The notes beneath the pieces are model-generated. The model was not told the DNA's origin. It was given only the letters and a program-made list of their open reading frames with translations, and made no database searches. This document shows, in pieces, positions 10,953 to 20,343 of a stretch of 32,000 bases of DNA. Numbering within the stretch: position 1 is the first letter of the stretch; every line of letters starts with the position of its first letter. A program made the position numbers and the translations under genes. This DNA comes from Zymomonas mobilis subsp. mobilis ATCC 10988 (GTDB lineage Bacteria > Pseudomonadota > Alphaproteobacteria > Sphingomonadales > Sphingomonadaceae), in assembly GCF_000175255.2 (NCBI RefSeq), contig NC_017262.1, positions 690,001 through 722,000 on the forward strand, given 5' to 3'.

Positions 10953-11264
10953 TTGATAGATATCCCTGTCACAACACCCCGCTGTTTTCTCGCTGATAAA
11001 GGATATGATAGCGATAGGTTACGCGAAAAACTGCTTTTTCGAGGCATTCTTCCTGTTATCCCGCCTCGTTCCAATCGAAAAAAGCCTATTCCTTATAATC
11101 TCCAGCACTACAAAGATCGTAATCGTATTGAGCGGATGTTTAATAAGCTAAAGCAGTTCAGGCGCATTGCCACACGCTATGACAAAACCAGAAAATCTTT
11201 CCTCGCCTTCCTTCATCTCGCGGCCGTAAAATTGTGGTTACCTTCCTTTGTCAACAAAACCTAG
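10953..11264 (+). CDS. IS5-family transposase, ORFB (C-terminal DDE part)
   Basis: FLADKGYDSDRLREKLLFRGILPVIPPRSNRKKPIPYNLQHYKDRNRIERMFNKLKQFRRIATRYDKTRKSFLAFLHLAAVKLWL. The open frame extends upstream (GFGRSRGGFTSKIHARSDGQGRPLAFALTGGEVSDYSGADSLI) with no stop back past the A/G run at about 10.81 kb. Confidence 0.93.
   Translation: MIDIPVTTPRCFLADKGYDSDRLREKLLFRGILPVIPPRSNRKKPIPYNLQHYKDRNRIERMFNKLKQFRRIATRYDKTRKSFLAFLHLAAVKLWLPSFVNKT
11245..11261 (-). repeat. Right terminal inverted repeat of the IS element
   Basis: On the minus strand it reads GGTTTTGTTGACAAAGG. Confidence 0.92.
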
Positions 11265-11444
11265 ACAAGGTTTATTATTATCATGCTCTGGAAAACTGAT
11301 ACCAATATGCTGGCTACCCAACCGCACTAATTCTAAATGCAGTAGAGAAAATAGCTTTTCCATGATAATATGAGGGGCTATTTCCTGATTAGGTAAGATA
11401 TAGATATCCTGATAGGAATCGACAGGATTAGCTAGCATCCCCAA
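11262..11444 (-). pseudogene. cas6f: csy4/cas6f remnant (N-terminal about 60 codons only), truncated by the IS element
   Basis: SYQDIYILPNQEIAPHIIMEKLFSLLHLELVRLGSQHIGISFPEHDNNKPCL resembles the Cas6f/Csy4 N-terminus (x-YxDIxLxPDxE...LMxxLFxKLHxALVxxxxxxIGVSFP). The frame enters the IS inverted repeat and stops after GFVDKGR (TAA at 11238-11240). It sits immediately after csy3, the expected csy4 position. Confidence 0.85.
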
Positions 11445-12471
11445 AGACTCCCCCTCTTACTAATACAGCTATCACAAAATGCTGGTCTTCGATTGCAGGC
11501 TCTTTATCTTTTAATACCCAAGCATCCAATAAATTGTAAAAGTCTTTTTTTGCCTTTGGCTGGCGATAAGCGACCCCTTGCGTTGTAACAGAGCCATAAG
11601 GTTCAACTGCAATCGGGCCATTGATTTCGGCGTCAGGATACCATGTATCAATAGTTCTTAAGGCATTCCCAATTTTTTGAGAATGAATAGCTGCAATCGC
11701 CTTTTCATCTTGACCAACGCTGTAGAGAAAACGGCTTTTCGTGCTTTTTCCTTTATCAAGCAGCAATTCCTGCGAAGGGAATACTTCCTGTCCTGCTCCC
11801 ATGCGAATAAAAGCTTTTACGCGGAGCAAAACATGTTCCTGCCCAGCTAAGCCTGCCGTTATCAGTTTCGCCAAGGCTTCTAACTCTTCTGAAACTGACT
11901 TCTCTTCAAATTGACGGAGAGGATGCGCTAATGCATCAAAAATACCGACTAGAGTTGATTCCTCACCGCTTAATCGAGTTATTTGAATAGATATAGCATC
12001 CGCACCCAAGCGATTCCGCCATAGGAAACGACCATTTGCCAAATTAGCAGCGTATCGATTCCCTAAAATATCAAGTCCATGAGTATCAATATAATGGCTG
12101 ATAGTAGCCACTAATTTAGAACGATACTCCATACTATTACAGGCAGCAGGCTCACCAACGCCGCCCAAAACACGCAAAGTAAATTCTACTTTCAGTGTAT
12201 CACTATCAAAAGGCAGCGTCGCAACATCCACCGTTTGCAGATTGGGCTTTTCGATAGCCGCCTTCAACTTGATTGGATCATCTCCAGTCTTTGAAGGAAT
12301 ACGGTTGGAAATTGTGCCACGAACCGATTTTTCGCGCAAATGAATTGGTTGCCATGCCGTATCATCGTCTTTGTCGCTCCAATTACCAGAAAAAAACAAA
12401 GCATCGGAAGGATCTAATTTACGCTCAAAAGATAGAACAGACGCTGTTTTTAAATTCTTTTCTTCAGACAT
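11428..12471 (-). CDS. cas7f: Type I-F Cascade backbone protein Csy3/Cas7f (ORF extends to 12504; likely start at MSEEKNLKTASVLSFERKLDPSD)
   Basis: LSFERKLDPSDALFFSGNWSD, LGGVGEPAACNSMEYRS, DILGNRYAANLANGRFLWRNR, AYRQPKAKKDFYNLLD, LVRGGVFGDAS. Confidence 0.95.
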   Translation of the reverse strand: MSEEKNLKTASVLSFERKLDPSDALFFSGNWSDKDDDTAWQPIHLREKSVRGTISNRIPSKTGDDPIKLKAAIEKPNLQTVDVATLPFDSDTLKVEFTLRVLGGVGEPAACNSMEYRSKLVATISHYIDTHGLDILGNRYAANLANGRFLWRNRLGADAISIQITRLSGEESTLVGIFDALAHPLRQFEEKSVSEELEALAKLITAGLAGQEHVLLRVKAFIRMGAGQEVFPSQELLLDKGKSTKSRFLYSVGQDEKAIAAIHSQKIGNALRTIDTWYPDAEINGPIAVEPYGSVTTQGVAYRQPKAKKDFYNLLDAWVLKDKEPAIEDQHFVIAVLVRGGVFGDAS

Positions 12472-12519
12472 AATAAAAACCTTCTTAATTTTCCTGAAAA
12501 ACAAAATATATAAGCGATA

Positions 12520-13533
12520 TCATAAAGAATATTGGTAAAAATTATGACAACGATAAACGCTTTTTTCTATAATATTCTTTTCCCCCAAGAATGAAGACGG
12601 ATACCATAATAAATCATTGGGGTGTTTTAGACGGAAAGGCGCAATCCATTCCCCTATCGAAAACAGGCTTTCAACAGGCTGGAAAGGAATAGTATTATCT
12701 CGGGCAGAAGATACCGATCCAGATGGCTGCATTTCACCGACTGCACCATAGCCAACAGGAATAGGGACGATCCAACCATTGTCTTGATCGTTTTCCCATA
12801 TATTTTCTTTTTTTGTTTCGGTTTTTGGAGATTGGGCTTCGCTTTTACACCGCCAATTGACGCGTGATAATGAAAGCCACGCATCCAAAGAGGTCGCCTC
12901 TGGCTGGGTCTCCTGCATTTTTTTTAAGCGTTCAGCAATAAGGCCACTTCGCTCAACCAGAGCATAGCCCGGCAAAAGACGATAACAATTTTTACGATAA
13001 TCAGAAAAGTTATTATCGTTATCAGAAGAAGTATTACATTCTATCCAATGCGGTTTCCTATGCTTCGCCATATTGGGAGAGGGAGGTATAATACTTCCGC
13101 CAGCAATACGCATATTTTGCGCAATAACAGCTATCTTTTCGACATACTCGTCAATTTGGTAATTTTCTTTACCCTCACCTTTAAAGGCAATAGCGAGCAA
13201 TAAAGAGACATCAAGATGGATACGCCCTTCTTCAATGATTGGCGCTGTTTTCCCGCCTTTTTCAATTGGATTACGCGTCAGATTAAAAGCATAAGTAAAA
13301 CCGCTATCTGTCACCTGCTCCTGAAAATCATGACAAATAACCCCCACTGCATTAAACATTATATCGTCAATACCAGCGGCATGAGCTTTGCGCTCTAATG
13401 CCCACATAAAACCCATAAAGGCTGTGATAGAAGGGAATCCATGCGTAAGCGGGCTAGAAATAGCATTGGCATTTTGCACCCTGATATGAGGCAAAATCAA
13501 CATATGGCTTGAGAAGGGTAATTCTGTTTCCAT
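12520..13533 (-). CDS. cas5f: Type I-F Cascade protein Csy2/Cas5f
   Basis: 337-aa ORF: MLILPHIRVQNANAISSPLTHGFPSITAFMGFMWALERK is the Csy2 signature, plus GYALVERSGLI. Confidence 0.93.
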   Translation of the reverse strand: METELPFSSHMLILPHIRVQNANAISSPLTHGFPSITAFMGFMWALERKAHAAGIDDIMFNAVGVICHDFQEQVTDSGFTYAFNLTRNPIEKGGKTAPIIEEGRIHLDVSLLLAIAFKGEGKENYQIDEYVEKIAVIAQNMRIAGGSIIPPSPNMAKHRKPHWIECNTSSDNDNNFSDYRKNCYRLLPGYALVERSGLIAERLKKMQETQPEATSLDAWLSLSRVNWRCKSEAQSPKTETKKENIWENDQDNGWIVPIPVGYGAVGEMQPSGSVSSARDNTIPFQPVESLFSIGEWIAPFRLKHPNDLLWYPSSFLGEKNIIEKSVYRCHNFYQYSL

Positions 13534-13544
13534 GCAACTAACTC

Positions 13545-14879
13545 CTATGCCCGTCTACGCCACGGCACTGGCCATGCTGCATCTATGGTGACTTGTCTGA
13601 CCCAGTGAATATATTCTGTGTCGCCCACGGGTATATCTTGATGTTTCAGCTTCGCATTCAATCTACGCCCGAAATTCTGCGCCACGGCATCAGGCCAATC
13701 ACCTTTCATATACTCATTATAAAAAATCTGATCGGCCTCATCCGAACCATCACGAAGAGAAAAAAGGCTTCTTTCAGGGTCTAGCCATAATTTTTCATAC
13801 GGAGGCAATTGACAGCTATCCTCCCGACTCCACCCAACAGGCATTTCGGCTTTTATAGTCGCAGCAAAATCGACAAGGCTTTCTGTTAATTTCTGTTCAA
13901 ACCTTTGCCGATACTGACGTGTATTCAGGTTATCTGGCGGATTTGATTTCAGGAATTTTATCAATCTATCAACCTGACCATAAACGTCATCTCTTTTAAA
14001 AAAGACTTCTAGGGCTGACTTACAATTTAAAGGCAGAAGCCGTCTTTTATTCTTCCAACGAGGGGGTAAGGATGCCAAAAGGTAATTAACGCCTCCTCGT
14101 TCAAAATTAAGTTGCGATATATTTTGTGGCTTTGTCCCTCCCAGCCTTTGAACTGCCAGTTTTTTATATTCCTGATAGACTAACTCAGAGGCTTCTTTTT
14201 TATAAAAAGCCGATCGGGCTTCCTTATTACTCTCACCGAAACGTACGGCCTGAATATTTTGATGGACATAGTTAACTAATGCGCTCGGGAATAAAGGTTG
14301 CAGCAAAATATACTGATCATCTTCAGTCGGGTCTTTCCCTCGCAACCAATAAAGCTGCTTCATCAAGGCATGGGACTGCACTTTTTTATCCGAAGACAAC
14401 AAGCCGGCAAAAGAAGAAATCCATTCTTCTGCCTGATCAGGATTTTTAGACAAGGCCGCTTTAAAATCAGGATCACCTGCTTCAGCCCACGCTAACAAGG
14501 TCTTATCTTCAACCTTTGTTTTTAAAAATTTGAAGACATCCAAGGCGGCAGCATTACCGACAATATCTATATCAAAATTTTCACCTAAAAGATGCGATCC
14601 GATTTCTTCTCTCTGTGGTAGAGAATCCGGTTTTATATAAAGATTGCTTCCTTTAGCCGATGAATGAATAGCTTTGGCGATATGGGTAGCCGCATGAATC
14701 TGCCCTACTCTTCTTGCCGCATCTTCTAGCCAAATAGCATAGTCATATTTACGCATTGCAGCGAGATCATCTGCTTTGCCCTTCAATTTTTCATCACGAC
14801 GATTCTTAATAAAATCAGAAATAGCCTGACGAAAAATCTGTATTCTTGCATTATTATGCTGCATAATCTTTTCCATCAT
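13545..14879 (-). CDS. cas8f: Type I-F Cascade large subunit Csy1/Cas8f
   Basis: 444-aa ORF: QAISDFIKNRRDEKLKG..., ATHIAKAIHSSAKGSNLY, LGGTKPQNISQLNFERGGVNYLLASLPP, YIHWVRQVTIDAAWPVPW. Position between cas2-3 and csy2. Confidence 0.93.
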   Translation of the reverse strand: MMEKIMQHNNARIQIFRQAISDFIKNRRDEKLKGKADDLAAMRKYDYAIWLEDAARRVGQIHAATHIAKAIHSSAKGSNLYIKPDSLPQREEIGSHLLGENFDIDIVGNAAALDVFKFLKTKVEDKTLLAWAEAGDPDFKAALSKNPDQAEEWISSFAGLLSSDKKVQSHALMKQLYWLRGKDPTEDDQYILLQPLFPSALVNYVHQNIQAVRFGESNKEARSAFYKKEASELVYQEYKKLAVQRLGGTKPQNISQLNFERGGVNYLLASLPPRWKNKRRLLPLNCKSALEVFFKRDDVYGQVDRLIKFLKSNPPDNLNTRQYRQRFEQKLTESLVDFAATIKAEMPVGWSREDSCQLPPYEKLWLDPERSLFSLRDGSDEADQIFYNEYMKGDWPDAVAQNFGRRLNAKLKHQDIPVGDTEYIHWVRQVTIDAAWPVPWRRRA

Positions 14880-14891
14880 TTCTGAATAATA

Positions 14892-17800
14892 TTAACTGTG
14901 ATATTTAGAAAATCCAAGAATATCATTATAATTATATCCAGATATACTTTCTAAAACATTTACTTTTGTCATATATTCAGCACATTTATACAGGGAAATA
15001 CCAAGATTTTCAGACTGTTCTTCTAATAAATTTTCAAGACTATCAGCCTGCCATGCGGTTATATCGGAGCCATAATCAATTTCGACCGGATGTTTTTTTT
15101 CCCGTTCAACAAGAATATACGGATTATGACTATTTTCGGGATTCTTATATTCCTGATAAAGTTCCAGTTTTTCGCCATCTTCGTCAGGTAAAAATAGAAG
15201 AGTCTCTTCTCTTAAGGTTTTTTCTCTAAATGGCTGCCATTGGGGCAAAACACCCGTCAGACTAGCCTGAGGATATTGCCAACAAAGAGCCGCCATTTCC
15301 TCTTTTGGTTCCAATTTTTTGGGAGAACGGCTACTACCCCCCACAACTTCTCCAAGGTTTTTCTCTGGCAACATAGATTCACAAATACGTGCTTGTTCCA
15401 GATCAGACATTCTTTCTTGGCTATGCCGCTCTTCTTTGGGTTGCGGAGCTATGCGAGGCAAAGCCGTGATAATCTTATATTCTTCTGGTCTTAAAATTTT
15501 GCTTAACCAATGATTTTCAAGATAAAATCGATTGTCGCCATATGGAGTTTTAGGCTTCTCAAATCCTGGATGCCAAAAAACAGCCCCTGCAGGATTTTTA
15601 AAATAACGCAGAGCGGTATTCAAAATAGCGATATTCGGTTTTTCAGCAGATTTTCTTCTATGTCGCTGTACACGCCCTGCCAATTGGATGAGCGCGCGCA
15701 TAGAGGAAGGTTCAGTAATCGCCCAATCCAAATCCCAATCACGCCCTACCTCGCAAACAGGCGATGCTAATATAATAAAGGCGTGATCCTGTTCTGGATT
15801 GTTATCCAAAATCTCTCGGATATCCGCATGATGATAGACAAAGTCAGCCTCGCGGCGATTCAGCACCCTATCCAGCATATTTTCGATAGCTGAACGCTGG
15901 ATTAGAGGGAAACGCGCATGGTAGACACATAAATGGATATGCGTATCACGGCGACCACCTAAGGCAAAAAAATCTTTTGCGACATGAAATAGCGGTTCAA
16001 TATTAGCCATTCTGATCAGACCGAAACTAACTTTTCTTCCTGTAATCGGGTCTTTTTCAGCAAAGCCTTCATGCAAATCCAAGGCAGTCTTGCGTAATAT
16101 TGAAGCAAAATTTTTATATAATACCTTATCGTCTGGCGTTCCAACCACCTCATCCAAAGGCACGATTTCGCCTTTACAGATAGCGTCACTTTTCAAAAGC
16201 TTCTGCTTACGCCGCTTTACAAAATCATCATGCGCCTGCTCAAACTGATTGGCATCGGCACAATCAGCATGAGTAGTTCCAAATTCGTCTATCCACAAAC
16301 AAGGGATATCCTGCGCTGCCAGAGATAGACTAGGGTCATGATTTAATTGATAGCATTTCCGACCGGCAAGATAAGCCTGATACATACCCGAGACCAAGGA
16401 AGGCGGTAATGTGGCTGAAGACAATAAAACACGACTACCCAACAGACCTGCCCAATAGACCAATCGAGTTAAGGCGGGTAAATCCTTCAAATCATAATCA
16501 TCCAATTCATCTAAAACGAGATCAGCCCCCATCAAACGCAGCATGGGTGCGATTTGTCGCCCGCCCCGCAAAGATTCGGTTGCAGGAACCAGATGATCAA
16601 CGGTACAAACCAGAACTGGTGCGGATAAAAGGCTTCGTATTCTAGGATCATGCCCCAAACGGCTCAATAAAGGATGGCTGGCTTCACAGCCTTCATATGA
16701 AATATAGCTATCTTCTTCCAATAGATCCAAAGAGGAAGCTGAACCAGATTCTTCAGCCTTATCTGAATAATAGTCAAATAGGGTTTTACTGGCACTTCCT
16801 CCAACTAAAATAGCCAGATCATTGTCATTCAGATGTAAATCTTTTTGATAAGATTTTCCGGTTTGCAAAGTGAGTGCTCTCAATCCCAACGCATAGGTCA
16901 GACGCATCCCTTTTTCAGGGTTGGCCATGGCATTGATAATACGAGCACTAGCAAGAGTTTTTCCTGTTCCCGTAGAGGCCATACAGACACAGAAAGCTCC
17001 TTGCCTTTCGGTTTTTTCGCGCAGGGCTGTCGCCATATCAGCAGCCTTATCTTGCCACGAAAAACGGGGATTCTGGCTTCTCTTCTTTAATCCTTTATGT
17101 TTGGCTAAACGGGGCAAATATTCAGAAAAATTCGGCAATGCATGGGCGATAATTCCGGCATCTCTTGCCACACCCAATAAATGCTCACTCAAGCCTTGTT
17201 TCCGCTCACCTTGACTGTCTGTGTTGGCATAAAGAAAATCATCTCCGCTATAAGATAGTTCTTTGGTAGCGGCCATACGGTCTTTTGATTCTGGAGGAAG
17301 GCTAGAATAATAGTGATCCGCCAACATCAGACTCAAACGTGCCAGATGCATAAGATAAGGATTATCAAGCCCGTTTTTTCCGATGTCTTTTTTCTTGGCC
17401 AAAGCCAATAAACGCTTCGCTATTCTGGAAGCCTGTTTTTGCCATTCCGGTAACAAAACCGGAAATTTTTCTTTTTTGTCGATATCCCAATAGGCTTTTA
17501 TTTGAGCTGGTGATGCCTGATTGTCAGTTATTTCATTCCATAAAGAGGTTATCTTATTTAATGGATCTGTGAGGATCCCAAGTCTTACCGATTGGGGCTT
17601 TTTACCCAAATAGGCCTGTTCTCTACGGTCTTTTTTTTCAATATAAACAGGCAGTAACGGAATACGATGATGAGAAACGATTAACCATCCAATCGCTGCC
17701 GCCAAAGGCGGTAAAGATTTAAAGGGATAGCAGTCCTCTCCATTCAAGGCATCGACTCCATCTTTTTTATACCGTTTTTTCGCCACCCAGTCTTTTATTG

Positions 17801-18332
17801 AATAGTTGCCTTCTAACAGACGGGTTAACCAGACCTCATCCGTATCCTCCCCGACGAAAGCCTGAAATAACCGTAAAGAAACCCATTCATGGCGGTATAG
17901 ATTACGAGATTTTTCTCTCGACTGCAGACGCCTTTGAAAAGCTTTGCTGGCCTTTCCCAAATCATGCAACAAAGCGGCCATTTGCGCCAACATCTGAATA
18001 TCTTCGGCGGTTATCCAATCATTTTCATCCTGTTGGCGTAAAATATTTCGGGTAGTGCTATTGGTCGGGACAGCGCCTTCATTATTAAAACGGCTGGCGT
18101 CCCCAACTATCCAAAGTAAATCACACTGCCCACCCCCATGTAACCAATGACAGGCAACAGAAGTATTTCGCCTTGCTGTTTTTCTCAATAATTTTTGAAC
18201 AGTAGCCAAGCCTATTTGCGTGATAGGCGTTTGCCAGCTTCGACTTCCCTTCCGTTCAGCAAACTGATCAAGGATTCGCCGCGTTTCTTTCAGAGCATTG
18301 TTGTCGCATTGCGAAACGAATAGAACATTCAT
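14892..18332 (-). CDS. cas3f: Type I-F Cas2-Cas3 fusion: Cas2 domain, HD nuclease, DExx helicase
   Basis: 1146-aa ORF: N-terminal Cas2-like MNVLFVSQCDNNALKETRRILDQFAERKG; HD motif LLHDLGKASKAFQ; Walker A MASTGTGKTLASARI; DExx box LVLDELDDYD; SATLPP; QLAGRVQRHRR. Reading frame intact. Confidence 0.96.
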   Translation of the reverse strand: MNVLFVSQCDNNALKETRRILDQFAERKGSRSWQTPITQIGLATVQKLLRKTARRNTSVACHWLHGGGQCDLLWIVGDASRFNNEGAVPTNSTTRNILRQQDENDWITAEDIQMLAQMAALLHDLGKASKAFQRRLQSREKSRNLYRHEWVSLRLFQAFVGEDTDEVWLTRLLEGNYSIKDWVAKKRYKKDGVDALNGEDCYPFKSLPPLAAAIGWLIVSHHRIPLLPVYIEKKDRREQAYLGKKPQSVRLGILTDPLNKITSLWNEITDNQASPAQIKAYWDIDKKEKFPVLLPEWQKQASRIAKRLLALAKKKDIGKNGLDNPYLMHLARLSLMLADHYYSSLPPESKDRMAATKELSYSGDDFLYANTDSQGERKQGLSEHLLGVARDAGIIAHALPNFSEYLPRLAKHKGLKKRSQNPRFSWQDKAADMATALREKTERQGAFCVCMASTGTGKTLASARIINAMANPEKGMRLTYALGLRALTLQTGKSYQKDLHLNDNDLAILVGGSASKTLFDYYSDKAEESGSASSLDLLEEDSYISYEGCEASHPLLSRLGHDPRIRSLLSAPVLVCTVDHLVPATESLRGGRQIAPMLRLMGADLVLDELDDYDLKDLPALTRLVYWAGLLGSRVLLSSATLPPSLVSGMYQAYLAGRKCYQLNHDPSLSLAAQDIPCLWIDEFGTTHADCADANQFEQAHDDFVKRRKQKLLKSDAICKGEIVPLDEVVGTPDDKVLYKNFASILRKTALDLHEGFAEKDPITGRKVSFGLIRMANIEPLFHVAKDFFALGGRRDTHIHLCVYHARFPLIQRSAIENMLDRVLNRREADFVYHHADIREILDNNPEQDHAFIILASPVCEVGRDWDLDWAITEPSSMRALIQLAGRVQRHRRKSAEKPNIAILNTALRYFKNPAGAVFWHPGFEKPKTPYGDNRFYLENHWLSKILRPEEYKIITALPRIAPQPKEERHSQERMSDLEQARICESMLPEKNLGEVVGGSSRSPKKLEPKEEMAALCWQYPQASLTGVLPQWQPFREKTLREETLLFLPDEDGEKLELYQEYKNPENSHNPYILVEREKKHPVEIDYGSDITAWQADSLENLLEEQSENLGISLYKCAEYMTKVNVLESISGYNYNDILGFSKYHS

Positions 18333-19306
18333 AATGCAGGCTCGGCCTCCATACTCAAAGCAATCTTTTTGATTGTATCAATCATAAAATCGAGCGATTC
18401 ACTATGGGTAAGAGCGGCTATAGATTTCTGCCTAAAAGACGATTCTTCATCGCCTGCCATCGCCGAAAGGAAGGCCTGCGGTAAGATAGTCGCATCTTTA
18501 ACCAGATCAGCGACATCAAACACCAACCCGCCGCGGCGTGTTTTCCCGTGCAGTATCGCCAATCCATGAGGAATTCCCAAAACCCAGGTCGCAGTAGCAC
18601 CAAGGCCATAAGCCAAATAATTTCCGTGATCTAAAAAACGGTTTGCAGGATCGATACCAGTTCCTCTTTTGGATCGGGTAAAATCGCCATATCCAACGGT
18701 TTCGGAGGCGAGCTTGAACAAAGCCTTTGTCAGTCTGGCTTCTTCGATCAAAAGCGTCGCAATATCAGAAGCCCTTTCTATCGCATGTTCGCTTTGATGG
18801 AGCAAAGCCGATAAACGGCGTTCATCAGGTAAAAAGCCATCTTTACCAAGAGAAGACTTAAGCCACTGTTCCTTTATACGACTGCTTCTGGCTAATTGTA
18901 ACGCTTTCACCGCCCGTAAACGCTTTTCGTCATCGAACCAGAATTTAACCCATGCTTGCACATATTCCGTAGGCCGATATTCGCTTTGTGGAGAAAACCA
19001 CAAAACATCTGTTTCTTGCTCATTCGCAGAAAATAACGGTGTCCCTCCGCCTCCACAAAAGCCAACCAAAACACCGGATTTTCCCAATTCACGCATAGCT
19101 GCCTGCGTTATGGATGTGCCCGTACCCAATAGAATAGTGGTCGTATTCGCTATAGGAATATTCCAATAAAGAGACTTGTTACCACGGTCGGTAATATATT
19201 CGACCCGTCCCCCATTCACCAAAACCCGACAATGCTCTAAATAATAGATATTTGCCCGTTTCGAATGTAAAATAGTTTTCAGATCGCCCGATGTTATTGG
19301 CTTCAT
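18329..19306 (-). CDS. cas1: CRISPR-associated endonuclease Cas1, type I-F (ORF extends to 19366; likely start at MKPITSGDLKTILHSKR)
   Basis: SKRANIYYLEHCRVLVNGGRVEYI, MRELGKSGVLVGFCGGGGTPLF, ALLHQSEHAIERASDIATLLIEEARLTKALFKLAS, DPANRFLDHGNYLAYGLGATATWVLGIPHGLAILHGKTRRGGLVFDVADLVKD. Overlaps the cas2-3 start by 4 nt. Confidence 0.96.
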   Translation of the reverse strand: MKPITSGDLKTILHSKRANIYYLEHCRVLVNGGRVEYITDRGNKSLYWNIPIANTTTILLGTGTSITQAAMRELGKSGVLVGFCGGGGTPLFSANEQETDVLWFSPQSEYRPTEYVQAWVKFWFDDEKRLRAVKALQLARSSRIKEQWLKSSLGKDGFLPDERRLSALLHQSEHAIERASDIATLLIEEARLTKALFKLASETVGYGDFTRSKRGTGIDPANRFLDHGNYLAYGLGATATWVLGIPHGLAILHGKTRRGGLVFDVADLVKDATILPQAFLSAMAGDEESSFRQKSIAALTHSESLDFMIDTIKKIALSMEAEPAL

Positions 19307-19719
19307 AGAAAATCTTCTGTATCTACAATGGCTAATTTTATTATTAGAATGTAGACTGTTGTACATTTAAAATATTTTATAAATACTAAATAAAATCTGC
19401 ATTTTATATATTTATGACATATAAATTTATCACGAGAATTTTTGAAATTACATTTTTAAAACAAATATTTAAGACTCTTATTTATTTAGGACGAGCAATC
19501 GTAAATATTACAAACAGAAATAAAATATTTAAATTTTTAAAAAATAAGACTTGTCACTAAATTTAGCTTTCATAAAAATTTTATCCAACAGGTCTTCATT
19601 TTTACTTTGGATACCAGAAGATAATAGCAACCATTCTTCTGCTCACTGAATGCCTCAAATGAACAGAAATATGGACATGCCCATCCACTATCATATCTTG
19701 ACCAAGGAATACGGATAGA

Positions 19720-20343
19720 ATGTCTCGCGCCCCTCATTCCGCCTCAAATATTCCCCAACCCCGCATTGCAGATTACCCAATTGATCCTGTTTTTCTGAAA
19801 CGTTGGTCGCCCTTGTCTTTTTCCTCAGAGGAAATATCCAAAGACCAACTCTATTCCTTACTAGAAGCTGCGCGTTGGACGCCTTCCGCCTATAACTCAC
19901 AACCTTGGCGTTTCGTCTATGCTATGCGGGACTCGGCGATCTGGTCGGGCTTTATCGATTTACTAATGGAAGGGAATCGCGGTTGGGCAAAACAGGCAGC
20001 GGCTATCATTTTCATTATTTCAAAAACAACGCTTTTATCTCCCATCAGCAATACAGAAAAAGACGCTCCAAGTCATAGTTTTGATGCTGGCGCCGCATGG
20101 ATGGCAATGGCACTTCAGGCGACTCGAATGGGTCTCGCCACGCGCCCAATGACAGGGGTATATTTTGATAAGGCGCGGCAGCTTTTAAAAGTGCCTCAAA
20201 ATTATCATATTGATGCCGCGATTGCAGTCGGTCATCCAGACACCCAAAGCGCACCAGAAGAATCACATAGCCGTCGTCTAAAATTTTCAAATATGCGCCA
20301 CTCTATCCATGATATGAGTAGAGAAGGTTATTTTAAATTTTAG
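19720..20343 (+). CDS. Nitroreductase family protein
   Basis: 207-aa ORF: RWSPLSFSSEEISKDQLYSLLEAARWTPSAYNSQPWRFVYA, DAGAAWMAMALQATRMGLATRPMTG. Confidence 0.85.
   Translation: MSRAPHSASNIPQPRIADYPIDPVFLKRWSPLSFSSEEISKDQLYSLLEAARWTPSAYNSQPWRFVYAMRDSAIWSGFIDLLMEGNRGWAKQAAAIIFIISKTTLLSPISNTEKDAPSHSFDAGAAWMAMALQATRMGLATRPMTGVYFDKARQLLKVPQNYHIDAAIAVGHPDTQSAPEESHSRRLKFSNMRHSIHDMSREGYFKF

Larger units (their letters stand above)
10413..11261 (+). mobile_element. IS5-family insertion sequence, 849 bp, flanked by TA
   Basis: Terminal inverted repeats GGTTCTGTTGACAAAGG (10413-10429) and the complement of CCTTTGTCAACAAAACC (11245-11261), one mismatch. TA at 10411-10412 and 11262-11263. Encloses a two-ORF DDE transposase. 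Confidence 0.93.

Noticed and set aside
16845-17214. Plus-strand ORFs (81 and 98 aa) inside cas2-3
   Set aside because: Antisense to a strongly supported coding sequence; typical spurious ORFs.
11428-19306. Possibility that this is a transposon-associated (Tn7-like, I-F3) or variant I-F2 CRISPR system
   Set aside because: Full-length csy1 and csy2 plus cas1 and cas2-3 are present, and no tnsA/B/C or tniQ genes are seen. The locus fits canonical I-F1 with an IS in cas6f.
19391-19719. AT-rich region upstream of cas1 inspected as a possible CRISPR leader/array
   Set aside because: No regularly spaced 28-bp repeats or I-F repeat-like sequence; only AT-rich non-repetitive DNA.
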